Assembly: GCA_038886535.1 (NCBI GenBank)
Contig: JAVZXS010000001.1
Span: forward strand, 180,636-244,635
Direction: 5' to 3'
From: Candidatus Micrarchaeia archaeon
GTDB lineage: Archaea > Micrarchaeota > Micrarchaeia > CABMEP01
Length of the DNA stretch: 64,000 nt
Both the position numbers and the translations under genes were made by a program. The notes under the pieces were generated by a model. It did not search any database. It was not told the DNA's origin and worked only from the letters and a program-made list of their open reading frames with translations. Shown here piece after piece: positions 1 to 10,094 of this stretch; within the stretch, counting starts at the first letter, position 1; the number at the start of each line of letters is the position of its first letter.

Positions 1-921
1 CTTTCCGCTTTCTCTGGTGAATCTGCTTAAGAGTTCCCATTCTCCTTCGTCAAATGGATCTTCTATAGAGATGATTGGATATCTTTTTATCAATTCCTGA
101 TATTTTCTCATCAATTCTATTCCAGAGATTGTTTTTCCATCTATTCTATAGTATCCAAGCTCATGGAAAGATGAAGCTGCAGCGTCCAATGCAATAAATA
201 TCTTCTTTTGATATCCTGCCTCCTCTATAGCCTTCATAAGGAAATCCAACGCTTCCTCAGTTGTTCTTATCTGTGGAGCATATCCGCCTTCATCACCCAC
301 ATTCCTTCCACTTTGCCCGTATTTTTTGACTATAAGATTTCCTAATATATGATAGACCTCTACTCCAGCTCTTAGCGCTTCTGAAAATGAATCAAAATTC
401 TTCGGTACAATCATAAATTCCTGAATCGCAAGCCCGCTTCCGGCATGCTTTCCTCCATTTATTACATTCATCATTGGCACAGGCATTATTCTTGCATTTG
501 GATTTAGATATCTGTAGATTGGAATTCCAACTGTATTCGCTGCTGCAGAACAAACAGCTAAGGAAATCGCTGTTGTGGTGTTACCTCCAACTTTAGATTT
601 CTGTTCTCCTCCCATTTCGATAAGAATCTTATCAATCTTATTTTGTTCACGTACATCCATTCCCTTAAGTCTTTTCTTAATCTCTGCAACTTTCTTGATC
701 GCTTTTTTAACTCCTTTACCAAGAAATCTTTTATCATTATCTCTAAGCTCTAATGCTTCATTTTTACCTGTTGAAGCCCCAGAAGGAGCAACCCCTCTTC
801 CGCATCCTGATTTAGTGAATACATCTACCTCTATAGTGGGATTTCCTCTTGAATCTAATATCTCTCTAGCCTTCATATCTATTATCCTATATTCTTTATC
901 TGTTTCAGATCCTGTTTTCAT
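1..921 (-). CDS. eno: Enolase (phosphopyruvate hydratase), N-terminal ~307 aa; the 3' end runs off the window
   Basis: Reverse translation gives MKTGSETDKEYRIIDMKAREILDSRGNPT..., KKYGQSGRNVGDEGGYAPQI and EDPFDEGEW at the window edge. These are canonical enolase motifs. The + strand ORF 575..958 is antisense noise. Confidence 0.85.
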   Translation of the reverse strand, partial: MKTGSETDKEYRIIDMKAREILDSRGNPTIEVDVFTKSGCGRGVAPSGASTGKNEALELRDNDKRFLGKGVKKAIKKVAEIKKRLKGMDVREQNKIDKILIEMGGEQKSKVGGNTTTAISLAVCSAAANTVGIPIYRYLNPNARIMPVPMMNVINGGKHAGSGLAIQEFMIVPKNFDSFSEALRAGVEVYHILGNLIVKKYGQSGRNVGDEGGYAPQIRTTEEALDFLMKAIEEAGYQKKIFIALDAAASSFHELGYYRIDGKTISGIELMRKYQELIKRYPIISIEDPFDEGEWELLSRFTRESGK

Positions 922-967
922 AAGATCAACCTTTTCCTTTTCATTAAGTAAGAAATAAATATCAGTT

Positions 968-3304
968 TTATTCCAAGGGCGGGGTGGGTACAGTGATTTC
1001 TTCAAGTTCTTCAACCATGCTTGTCTCATTCATCTCTGGATGCCTCATTACTCTTACAAGTTTTCCGCTTGCAGCTTCCTTCATAAGCTCGTCATGCGTT
1101 ATTACAAATGTCTGTTCAACTATTTGCGGTATATGGTCTCTTAATGTCTCTGCCAAAGTGCTTACTGCTTCCTCATCCAAATTGTGAGTAGGTTCATCAA
1201 GTATTAGCCAGCTTAGATTAGGTGTAAGCACCATGGCAAATGCGATTCTTAATGCCAAGCATGCGAGCGCTCTTTCTCCACCTGACCCTATTCCGTCCAC
1301 GCTTATGTAATCATTATTATACTTGAACATCAATTCATAGTCATTCTCAGAAGGTATGAGCTTTATCAATTCGTAGTCAGAATAAGGATATACTTTCTTC
1401 CATATAGTGGCAAGCGCTTCATTTATTGATTCGATTAGTTCTTCTCTTAGATCATGCTGGGTCTCTACAATCGCAGTTGAGAATATCTGCAGCTCTGATA
1501 TCAGTTCAGTATATAATTGGATTTCCTTAGTGTATTCTTTTATCTCTTCCATTCGTTTCTTCTTCTCTTCAAGCATTTTTATTAGGTATTTTTCTTTCTC
1601 AATTCCTTGCTCTATTTTTGATTTTATTTCTGCGCATTTTATACTTAATTCAGTTAGTTCTTTATTCTCTTTCTCCCAAATATCTTCACTAAATTTTATA
1701 TTTGAAATTTCTCTTTCTTTTTCAGCAAGACTTTGCGTTATCAAATTTAATTTCTGTTTCTTATTTTCTAGTTCCTTAATCCTCTCATATTTCTTTGTTA
1801 TTTCCAGGTATTCATTGTTTATTGTTTTCAATTTTTCTTCTAATGATTTTCTTTTTTCATTTATAGATTCGATTTCTTTTTCTATCTGAGAGATTTTATT
1901 TCTGTATTCTATTTCTTTTTCTTCAACTCCTTCATACTCTGATAATAATGAGATTATTTTCTCTGCAGATTCTACATTTATTCGTAAAGATTCTTTTTGC
2001 TTTGTCAGTTCATTTATTTCTTTTTCAACCTTTGAGATCTCGTCTTGCATGCCTTTCTTCATTCCTTCCTTTTTGTTTATAAGCTCTTCTTTATGCTTGT
2101 CATTCAATTCAGAGTCACAAACAGGACAATGAGCACCCGCACTTCTTAATTCGCGAATTGATTTTTCAATCTCTGCAATTTCTGCCTTCAAGTTTGATTG
2201 TTTTTCTTTCAGCTTGTTCAGAGTTTCTTCATCCTTTGATAATCTAACCTTTAAGTTTTCAATGCTTTCATTTTTCAAATACAAATTCAATTTATTTTTT
2301 AAATCCGCCTTTATGCTTTTTTTCTTATCTATATTGTTTATCTCTGATTTCAAGAATGCATGCTGTTTAGTTACTTCTCTGTTTTCTGATTCTATTTCCA
2401 TTTTTTCCTTTTCCAGCTTTTCTTTTTCATTTTTCTTACTGTTTAGAATAATTTCAATCTCTTTTAAACTCTCTTTTATTTCAGAAGAAGAAATTTCTTT
2501 TTCAAGCAATTCTTTGTTATGTTTTAGCCCAGTGATTTCATTTTGAAGTTTCCTGAATTTTTCCATTTGTGCTTTAAGTTCATTAACTATTTTTTCCTTT
2601 TCATTTTTTAACTTCATTTGATTCTGAAATTCTGTATTGTATTTTTCGTTTTCTTTTTTGTTTTCAACATTTTCTATTTCTAATTTTTCAATCTCCTGAC
2701 TGATTTTTGATGCATCTATATTTCTTATGAACGTTTCTTTATCACTTTTCATATTTTTTAGCCTTGATATAACAGTTGTTATATTTTTTCTTGCAATTTC
2801 AAACTTGTCAATTCCTATCAATTCATCTATTTGTCTTTTTCTTTCCCCTCTTCCTAAAGTTAAGAAATAATCAATTCTATTTTGTTCAGAATAAATTGCT
2901 CTTGTGAATAGTTCATAGTCTATTTCAAGAAGATGGGATATATAATCAGATACTCTTTCAGATTGAGGTCCCTCGATCCGGGTAGTACCTTTAAATATTT
3001 CAGCTTCACTTCCACCTTTTTTCTTTATCCTTCTTATGACTTTGTACTCTTCTCCTTTATGTTCAAATACCAAAGTAACTTCCGCTTCATTTTCTTCTTT
3101 CGGTCTATTTTTAATGAAATCAGTTATTTTCAATCTTCTGTGTTGTACTGCAGGAGTTGTGCCAAACAAAGCAAAACAAATACCATCAATAATACTGCTT
3201 TTTCCACCACCCATTCTGCCTACTATTATATTTGTTCCTCTAGAGAAATTAATAGTGCTTAATGAATGTGATCTCCAGTTTTTTAACGTTATGCTTTTTA
3301 TCAT
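968..3304 (-). CDS. rad50: Rad50 DNA double-strand break repair ATPase (SMC-like), short form
   Basis: Walker A GRMGGGKSS, long coiled coil, CPVC zinc hook, ABC signature SGGERALACLAL, Walker B LILDEPT. Confidence 0.85.
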   Translation of the reverse strand: MIKSITLKNWRSHSLSTINFSRGTNIIVGRMGGGKSSIIDGICFALFGTTPAVQHRRLKITDFIKNRPKEENEAEVTLVFEHKGEEYKVIRRIKKKGGSEAEIFKGTTRIEGPQSERVSDYISHLLEIDYELFTRAIYSEQNRIDYFLTLGRGERKRQIDELIGIDKFEIARKNITTVISRLKNMKSDKETFIRNIDASKISQEIEKLEIENVENKKENEKYNTEFQNQMKLKNEKEKIVNELKAQMEKFRKLQNEITGLKHNKELLEKEISSSEIKESLKEIEIILNSKKNEKEKLEKEKMEIESENREVTKQHAFLKSEINNIDKKKSIKADLKNKLNLYLKNESIENLKVRLSKDEETLNKLKEKQSNLKAEIAEIEKSIRELRSAGAHCPVCDSELNDKHKEELINKKEGMKKGMQDEISKVEKEINELTKQKESLRINVESAEKIISLLSEYEGVEEKEIEYRNKISQIEKEIESINEKRKSLEEKLKTINNEYLEITKKYERIKELENKKQKLNLITQSLAEKEREISNIKFSEDIWEKENKELTELSIKCAEIKSKIEQGIEKEKYLIKMLEEKKKRMEEIKEYTKEIQLYTELISELQIFSTAIVETQHDLREELIESINEALATIWKKVYPYSDYELIKLIPSENDYELMFKYNNDYISVDGIGSGGERALACLALRIAFAMVLTPNLSWLILDEPTHNLDEEAVSTLAETLRDHIPQIVEQTFVITHDELMKEAASGKLVRVMRHPEMNETSMVEELEEITVPTPPLE

Positions 3305-3397
3305 TTGCTCACTTGCGGTAGTAATAGATAAATATTCTTATTTAAATATCTATTTTATAAAATAAGTATTAAAAGTATTCTATAGTAAGATTCCATT

Positions 3398-3958
3398 ATG
3401 CAGAAAGAGAATCTTAATACCGTAGGAAAGAAGTTTCTAGTGGACATAATGCTAATAAAACTAGGAAGATGGTTGAGAATACTTGGCTATGACTGCAAGA
3501 TTCCAAAAGAGAGTGAAATAGAAGATGAAGATTTATTGGATATTGCAGAGAAGGAAAATAGAACATTGATAACGATGGACAGATCTCTTTCCAAAAGAAA
3601 AACAAAAACAAGTATAATCTATATTCCTTCAGAATTTAATTCAGTAAAAGCACAACTTGAATTTTTAATTAAAAACAAATATATCGCTAATCCGATAGTT
3701 GGAGGAAATATCGAAGAAAGAGTCGAATCATTAGTAAGATGTTCAAAATGCGGTTCAATTCTTTTTGAGATAACGAAAGAAGAATTAAATGATATATACA
3801 AAAAGAAAATAGAAAAAAATAAAAGAGAGGATATTGATAAAGCCTTATCGTCCTATAATCTGTTTTGGATTTGTAAAAACTGCCATCAGATATACTGGAA
3901 AGGTAGTCACTGGAAGAAAATTATTGAATTTTTGTCAAAACTAGAAGTAAAAGATTAA
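3398..3958 (+). CDS. Mut7-C (DUF82) PIN-like RNase domain protein with C-terminal zinc ribbon
   Basis: FLVDIMLIKLGRWLRILGYDC matches the Mut7-C N-terminal motif. The C terminus carries CSKCGS...CKNCHQ. Confidence 0.6.
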   Translation: MQKENLNTVGKKFLVDIMLIKLGRWLRILGYDCKIPKESEIEDEDLLDIAEKENRTLITMDRSLSKRKTKTSIIYIPSEFNSVKAQLEFLIKNKYIANPIVGGNIEERVESLVRCSKCGSILFEITKEELNDIYKKKIEKNKREDIDKALSSYNLFWICKNCHQIYWKGSHWKKIIEFLSKLEVKD

Positions 3959-3972
3959 GGAAAATTAAAGCT

Positions 3973-5022
3973 CTAAGACACTTCTATGTTTTCATCCCAT
4001 TTTTTCCATGCCTGTTCTCTTCTTTTCATGTAATCAAAGATAAGATCAGCACACATCCAAGGATTAACGAAAAATCCTATCTTTTCTTGTAGGTCTTTAG
4101 GCAGCTCTTTTTTCCTTATGTGTGTTCCATCCTCTCTCTTTTTCCAGCTTTGTGCTATTCTATATATGTCTATTCCAGGAAGATAGCCATTGCTCTTTGT
4201 AGACAAATATGGTTTTTTAAATTTCAGTATCTTTCGAATTAGATTTTTATCATCTTCTGGGACAATTGACAATCTCTCCTTTAATGATTCATAAGAAGTA
4301 GGATATGGATTGCTATTTTTATCTGCAATTATATTTTCATAATACCAATGATTTCTTAGATAATATTCTCCTTGTTGTATTAAGTTTGCAATAAGTGTTG
4401 ATATGTCTGTCTTTTCTATGTTTTCATGAGATAACAGTTGTGCAGCATATGCATTCCTATATCCAATTTCATATGCTGGATATTCAGGGTCATAATCTCG
4501 ATTCCATTTTCCTTTATACAATGCAGCAAATAATTGATATATCTCTGCCTCGTTTAGGACATCATAAAGAGAGTCTGGAAATCCACTGTGTATTTTTAAT
4601 ACATTGTCTATAATAGTCATTCTACTGAATTCATATCCATAGTAAACCCACAATGTTCCTTTTCTGCATTTATAAACGCACTTTTCATTTCTGTCTCCAT
4701 CTTTTCTGTCTAGGTTTTCATAAATATTTTTTTCTATTATTCCAAAATTCTTCCTGTGTATTATTTTTATTTTTGCTTTTTTACCTTCTTCCTTTTTTTC
4801 ATCTAATATGTTTTCTGCCTTTTCCTCTTTTTCTTTAGTTTCATCTGTTTCTTTCTTGCTATCGTCCTTTATTATTATTTTTTCATTTATTATTAGATCG
4901 GGAAATAGGCTTTCTTGCGATACAATTTTGTATCCTTCTTTTGGCTTGTAAAGGTGAGCGTGATCGCTCTCCCACCAGTTAATATTCTTTCTTTTCATAT
5001 TCCTACCATTTTTAATATACAT
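3973..5022 (-). CDS. Hypothetical protein with a K/E-rich low-complexity segment
   Basis: Long ORF with no motif I recognise. Confidence 0.4.
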   Translation of the reverse strand: MYIKNGRNMKRKNINWWESDHAHLYKPKEGYKIVSQESLFPDLIINEKIIIKDDSKKETDETKEKEEKAENILDEKKEEGKKAKIKIIHRKNFGIIEKNIYENLDRKDGDRNEKCVYKCRKGTLWVYYGYEFSRMTIIDNVLKIHSGFPDSLYDVLNEAEIYQLFAALYKGKWNRDYDPEYPAYEIGYRNAYAAQLLSHENIEKTDISTLIANLIQQGEYYLRNHWYYENIIADKNSNPYPTSYESLKERLSIVPEDDKNLIRKILKFKKPYLSTKSNGYLPGIDIYRIAQSWKKREDGTHIRKKELPKDLQEKIGFFVNPWMCADLIFDYMKRREQAWKKWDENIEVS

Positions 5023-5077
5023 CTATACTCTAGATATAATTTACTATACAACTATCATATATAAGCTTTTTTATTAA

Positions 5078-6055
5078 TTGTTCTTATTAGTTTCATCAAA
5101 ATTGTTTTTTCTTTTATTTATGGATTTTAAACTTTTCTTACAATATCTATATATGAGGAATAAAAGTCTAGTTGGTGCAAATTACCTCTTCAGCTTGAAT
5201 GCATTCTTTAAACTAGTAAGAATAGAACATGCGTTAATGTATGCCATTGCAGTGCTTATAGGAGCAGTTATAGTAGGAGGTATTGAAGCAGTTTCGGTAT
5301 TTATTTTAATAGGCGCATTGGCCGCTATGTTTCTTGAATTCGGCGCATTTGCGTTAAATGACTATATTGATTTAAAAGCAGATAGGATTAATGGGAGAAT
5401 TGATAGACCACTAGTTACCGGAGAGATTTCTCCATCTATGGCACTACTGATCGGCTTCTTTTCATTTATTTTTGCAAATTTGATTTCTTTTATTTATCTG
5501 CCTATCCAGGCGTTTTATATCATATTTTTATTTACTATACTATCTTTACTCTACGACTTCATTCTTAAGAATTTGCCGCTTATTGGAAATATTATAATCG
5601 CACTTACTATGGCAGTTCCATTTTTCTTTGGCGCATTCATTCTAGCATTTGAAAAAAGTATTCCATCCACTCAATTCCAGCCTGCATTGTGCCTGTCTGC
5701 AATCGCGTTTTTTGTTGGATTAGGCAGAGAAATAATAAAGGACATCGAAGACATGAAGGGAGACCAGGCTATAGGAGGTAAGACCCTCCCTATTCTTATT
5801 GGAAAACGAAACGCTTCTAGATTTGCGGTTTTACTATTTTTTATCAGCATTGTTCTTTCAATTGTTCCATTCTTTACATTCTTTTCCGGAAGACCTTTGT
5901 ATCTTACAGTTTTAATAACAGATATAATGCTTGCTGATGTTTCTTTACATGTACTAAAAGATCAATCAATTCAAAATTTGAGGAAATCAAGAAAAATGAG
6001 TCTTATTGCAATTGGAATAGGATTAATTTCCTTCCTATTAAGTTCAATCTTTTGA
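5078..6055 (+). CDS. UbiA-family prenyltransferase, probably (S)-2,3-di-O-geranylgeranylglyceryl phosphate synthase
   Basis: NDYIDLKADRINGRIDRPL fits the UbiA motif NDxxDxxxD, and a second Asp-rich motif KDIEDMKGD is present. The protein has multiple TM helices. The true start may be an internal Met. Confidence 0.7.
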   Translation: MFLLVSSKLFFLLFMDFKLFLQYLYMRNKSLVGANYLFSLNAFFKLVRIEHALMYAIAVLIGAVIVGGIEAVSVFILIGALAAMFLEFGAFALNDYIDLKADRINGRIDRPLVTGEISPSMALLIGFFSFIFANLISFIYLPIQAFYIIFLFTILSLLYDFILKNLPLIGNIIIALTMAVPFFFGAFILAFEKSIPSTQFQPALCLSAIAFFVGLGREIIKDIEDMKGDQAIGGKTLPILIGKRNASRFAVLLFFISIVLSIVPFFTFFSGRPLYLTVLITDIMLADVSLHVLKDQSIQNLRKSRKMSLIAIGIGLISFLLSSIF

Positions 6056-6073
6056 TTTTTATAAATTGATTAA

Positions 6074-7930
6074 TTATTTTGTCAGTCTTCTTTTCTTTGC
6101 TTTTGATTCTACTTTGCGTTTTATCTTTCCAATTACAAAAAGAATTACAAATCCAACAAAAATAACCCCTACTAAAAACGTAACTATAGAAATTATCTGA
6201 TATGCAGATATTCTATTCGCTCTTTCTTCTAAGGTTTCTTCTGTTTTATTGCCGCCTATTATAAATTCATTAACAAGAGAATCATTTTCATTTTCCATGC
6301 ATATTTTTTCTGCATCTTTGTAATAATTTTCTAGATTTTCTGCGATTAATGCAATTCTTAATGCAGATAATTTATCTGTTTTGTTTATTTCTTTTGCATG
6401 GTTATTGAATATAACTGGCCAGATATAAGTATAATTTCTATGGATCAAAGAATTAAGGGTGGAATCAATTTTTTCCGGAATGTCATTGTTAGAATTTGAT
6501 GAACTAATCTCTTCAATATCAGAATAGGATTTTATATATGCAGCATCCACAAGTGCAGAGAGATACCTTTCTTCTTCAAAAGCAGCTTCAGCTGATTTCA
6601 TTCTGAATAACATGTCTGAATTGTTTGGGTCCACATCTAATCCTTTCAGAACTTCTTTAACATAATCTCTAAGATTTTCTTCTTTAAATCTATTCTGCAA
6701 ATCAGATTCAAATGTTTCGTTTTCAATTTTGTCAAGCATATGGTTTGCTGCAAGGCACCAGTACTTTGCATTAATTATATTGCTATATTTTGCTAACAAA
6801 GGAGAAATAAATTCATTCTTTTGTTTGCCAGTAGCAATATCGAATATTTCCTTCTCACTAATTGTTTCACTTAATTTAGTTTTTGCCCACATGTATCTAG
6901 TCTCAGCAGGACCTATAATTTGGAAGTTTTTATCGTTAATCTTTTTCTTGATTATGTTGTCCTTTTTCTCAAAAGTTTCTAAACACTCTTTTGTTTTTTT
7001 GTATTCTTCTATCATTCTTTCCTTGCTAAAAAGAGAGACCTCTTTATCTATGGAAAGCAGAAAAGCGATGTTTGCAGATGTGTAATATTGATTTGAATAG
7101 AATGCGTTTTTAGAGTTTTCAAGTCTAGATTGGAAGTTGTCTCTGTATTCGATTTGTGTTTCATTAATGTCTTTTTCTGCATCCAATATCATATTTTCGG
7201 TTACACTTTTTATCCAATCCAAGTAAATATGTGAGAAATTGACATAATTGAATTCATTAATTTTTTCAGGTGATAGCGATAGATTTTCAGAGTAGTTTAT
7301 AGTAGAAGTCAAAATAGTATATGCTTCATTTATATCATCTGCCTGAAGTATCGTGATATTGTAGTATCTCTTAAACATCAGAAGTTCAATCTTTTCGCTG
7401 TTTGTCATTTTTGGAAATATTATTCTTTTAAATCCAAGTTTGTACGCTGCTTCTGCTTTTAAAGGCAGTCCGCCAACACTTCCCACTCTCCCATTTGCAT
7501 CTATAGTTCCAGTCATAGTGGTATCGGATCTCAGGTTTTTATTCTCAAAGCCGCTTAATATCATTGCTGTAAAGAGTGCACCCGCGCTTGGTCCTTCGAT
7601 ATAACTTACTCCATTATTTGATACCTCTAAAATAACGTCGCATTCAGAAATATTAATCCCGTCTTTTTCAGCCATCTTTCTGGCAACACTGTTAGCAATT
7701 AGTATTGATTTTTGGGTTTCTTCTCCTATTATTGGATCAAGGGAATAATATATTTTTCCAGATTCAGAAGAAATGCTTGGTATGATTTTAATATTTATTT
7801 TTATCATTTGACTTGAATTTTCATTAATTACTGCAGGCGCATATATACTTCTTTCAACTTCTATGCATTTAGAGAAATTTAAGCCAATTATCAATAGAAA
7901 AATTAACGTTGTCAATATTTTTTCATCCAT
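6074..7930 (-). CDS. Secreted or membrane-anchored S16 (Lon-like) serine peptidase domain protein lacking an AAA+ module
   Basis: N-terminal signal peptide. GPSAGA (catalytic Ser) and KAEAAYK (catalytic Lys) match the Lon proteolytic domain. There is a C-terminal TM anchor and no Walker motifs. Confidence 0.6.
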   Translation of the reverse strand: MDEKILTTLIFLLIIGLNFSKCIEVERSIYAPAVINENSSQMIKINIKIIPSISSESGKIYYSLDPIIGEETQKSILIANSVARKMAEKDGINISECDVILEVSNNGVSYIEGPSAGALFTAMILSGFENKNLRSDTTMTGTIDANGRVGSVGGLPLKAEAAYKLGFKRIIFPKMTNSEKIELLMFKRYYNITILQADDINEAYTILTSTINYSENLSLSPEKINEFNYVNFSHIYLDWIKSVTENMILDAEKDINETQIEYRDNFQSRLENSKNAFYSNQYYTSANIAFLLSIDKEVSLFSKERMIEEYKKTKECLETFEKKDNIIKKKINDKNFQIIGPAETRYMWAKTKLSETISEKEIFDIATGKQKNEFISPLLAKYSNIINAKYWCLAANHMLDKIENETFESDLQNRFKEENLRDYVKEVLKGLDVDPNNSDMLFRMKSAEAAFEEERYLSALVDAAYIKSYSDIEEISSSNSNNDIPEKIDSTLNSLIHRNYTYIWPVIFNNHAKEINKTDKLSALRIALIAENLENYYKDAEKICMENENDSLVNEFIIGGNKTEETLEERANRISAYQIISIVTFLVGVIFVGFVILFVIGKIKRKVESKAKKRRLTK

Positions 7931-8004
7931 TTAATCCCCGCTTATTAAAGTTTATAACAATTTGTATTTTCTTAATAGCATATTTAATATTCAATTTTAT
8001 AATG

Positions 8005-9285
8005 TTAATCAATAAGATTCATTCGCTTAAGGATTTCATATGTCACAAATCCGATAAATGTAATTGCTAATCCGATTAATATTACATTGACACCTGAGGT
8101 AGTTGCAAGCAGAAAACACGAGGCAGCAGCAAACATCGGAATTAAAGGAACACCGAAAATATCTGGAACTTTGAACGTTCGCTTGGAATAAGGTTTTGTA
8201 TATCTAAACCAAACTAAAGCAAGATTTATGGTTGCAAAAGTGAAGAAGGTTGAAAAATCAGCACTGTATGCAACAAAGCTTATATCTTCACTTAGAACCG
8301 CAAGTAAAGAGAAAAATCCAAGTATCAGTGCAGCGATCCAAGGTGTTCTTCTCTTTTTAGAAACTTCCCCTAACGATCTGAGTATTCTTCCTCCTTCTCC
8401 AAGGCCATATAGGAGACGAGTAGTTGTAATAAGCATCAATAAAACAGTATTCGCAGTTGCAAACAATGCAATTAGTGCAAGTATGATACCTGCATTGCTT
8501 CCCATTGCTTTTGATGCAACTTCTGCTAAAGGAGCATCAGAGTTGGCGAGAACTTGCCAGTCTACAACACTTACAGCTACAATGGAAACAAGGAGATAAA
8601 TAAGAGTAGATATTCCAAGAGAAAGAAGCGTTGCTTTCGGAATTATATTTTCAGCATTTTTTGTTTCCTCTGCCAATCTAGGTATGCTTTCAAATCCAAG
8701 AAATGCAAAGAATAAAAGGGATGCACCAAAGAATAATGCAGAATAATGAGAATCAGGAGGAAGTTCAAAATAGTCTACATTACCTATGTAAGGAAGACCT
8801 AAGAATATAACAATTAACAAACCAGCGATTTCTATGATTCCCCCAATGTTTGCGATTGTTACTGATTCCTTAATTCCATACATGTTTAAAATAGTGAATA
8901 TTATTATTATTGATGAAGCAGCGATCCAATATGGAACTTCTACAAAGTAATTTAAGTATTTTGCAAATCCAAGGCTTACTGTTGCGATACTAAAAACAGT
9001 TCCAACTACAAGGAGCCAATTTACAAGAAATGCCATTCTGTTTCCAAATGAATTTTTAGTATAAACATATTCAGCTCCTGCCTTAGGAAACATCCCAGCT
9101 AATTCAGCATAACTCAAAGCAGTTAATCCAGCAACAATTCCGCCAATTAAGAAAGAAAGCCAGATAGCATTTCCAACAATACCGGCTGAACTTCCGATTA
9201 TTGCATATACTCCCGCTCCTATTATAATCCCAATTCCTGCAACTGTAGTATCAAAAAGATTCAGCTCTCTTTTCAATTTCTGCAT
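8005..9285 (-). CDS. APC-family amino acid permease
   Basis: About 12 TM helices. The N-terminal GAGVYAIIGSSAG and overall layout are typical of amino acid/polyamine transporters. Confidence 0.7.
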   Translation of the reverse strand: MQKLKRELNLFDTTVAGIGIIIGAGVYAIIGSSAGIVGNAIWLSFLIGGIVAGLTALSYAELAGMFPKAGAEYVYTKNSFGNRMAFLVNWLLVVGTVFSIATVSLGFAKYLNYFVEVPYWIAASSIIIIFTILNMYGIKESVTIANIGGIIEIAGLLIVIFLGLPYIGNVDYFELPPDSHYSALFFGASLLFFAFLGFESIPRLAEETKNAENIIPKATLLSLGISTLIYLLVSIVAVSVVDWQVLANSDAPLAEVASKAMGSNAGIILALIALFATANTVLLMLITTTRLLYGLGEGGRILRSLGEVSKKRRTPWIAALILGFFSLLAVLSEDISFVAYSADFSTFFTFATINLALVWFRYTKPYSKRTFKVPDIFGVPLIPMFAAASCFLLATTSGVNVILIGLAITFIGFVTYEILKRMNLID

Positions 9286-9317
9286 TTAATCCCTTTTTAA
9301 CTTATTCCAATATTAAA

Positions 9318-9914
9318 TTACATTCCAAATATTGCAAGTACTCCTTTCTTTATAAATTCTATTCCGAATGCTGCTAGTAGCAGACCCATAAATCTTGATA
9401 TTATTTCTAATGTATTTGTACCTATTAATTTCACTATTTTATTTCCTATAATCATAACAAAGTAAGTTGTGATCAATGCGAGAATTAGTCCTAATATCGA
9501 AGGAACTAAACCATTGCTTTGAGAGATAAGTATCATTGTTGTTATGGATGCGGGTCCCGCAAGTAAAGGCGTCCCTAATAAAAGTGCTATTGTTGTCTTT
9601 TTGTCTTTTTCGTTTTTTTCTTTTATTATCTCTTGTCCTAGTACAATTTGGGTTCCAAGAAGAAACATTAGAATTCCACCTGCTATTTGAAAAGATTCAA
9701 TGGATATCCCAAATAGTTCAAGAAGTTTCATACCTAGGAAAAGTGCCACGAGCATTATTCCGCCAGCGATTATTATTCCTTCCTTCAATGTGGAATTTCT
9801 TTCCTTTTCACTCATTTTTCTTGTCATTGCTAAAAAAGGTGGAGCAGCCATAAATGGATCGAGAATTGCTAAAAGAATAATAAATACGCTTAATATCTGC
9901 GTTAAAATTTCCAT
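9318..9914 (-). CDS. MarC-family (UPF0056) integral membrane protein
   Basis: 198 aa with 6 TM helices. ILDPFMAAPPFLAMT resembles the MarC N-terminal motif. Confidence 0.55.
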   Translation of the reverse strand: MEILTQILSVFIILLAILDPFMAAPPFLAMTRKMSEKERNSTLKEGIIIAGGIMLVALFLGMKLLELFGISIESFQIAGGILMFLLGTQIVLGQEIIKEKNEKDKKTTIALLLGTPLLAGPASITTMILISQSNGLVPSILGLILALITTYFVMIIGNKIVKLIGTNTLEIISRFMGLLLAAFGIEFIKKGVLAIFGM

Positions 9915-9948
9915 TTTATCACATTAGAATCAATCAAATAAAAATAAG

Positions 9949-10022
9949 TGCGGCGGCCGGGATTTGAACCCGGGTCATGAGCTTGGAAGGCTCGCGTCCT
10001 AACCAGGCTAGACTACCGCCGC
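9949..10022 (-). tRNA. tRNA-Gly (anticodon UCC)
   Basis: Cloverleaf folded by hand. 7-bp acceptor stem GCGGCGG/CCGCCGC, T-loop GGTTCAAATCC, anticodon loop CTTCCAA. Confidence 0.85.
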
Positions 10023-10094
10023 TTCATACACCTTAATCTATAATTAAATTAGGAGTTAATATTTTTTAAACTATTCTATTTATTATTTTAAATA

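Noticed and set aside
575-958. 127-aa plus-strand ORF
   Set aside because: It lies antisense to the enolase gene with low-complexity composition. Enolase motifs are unambiguous on the minus strand.
984-3365. Five plus-strand ORFs (984-1187, 1407-1889, 2214-2546, 2933-3262, 3036-3365)
   Set aside because: All are antisense to rad50 and are low-complexity S/F/I-rich translations of AT-rich DNA.
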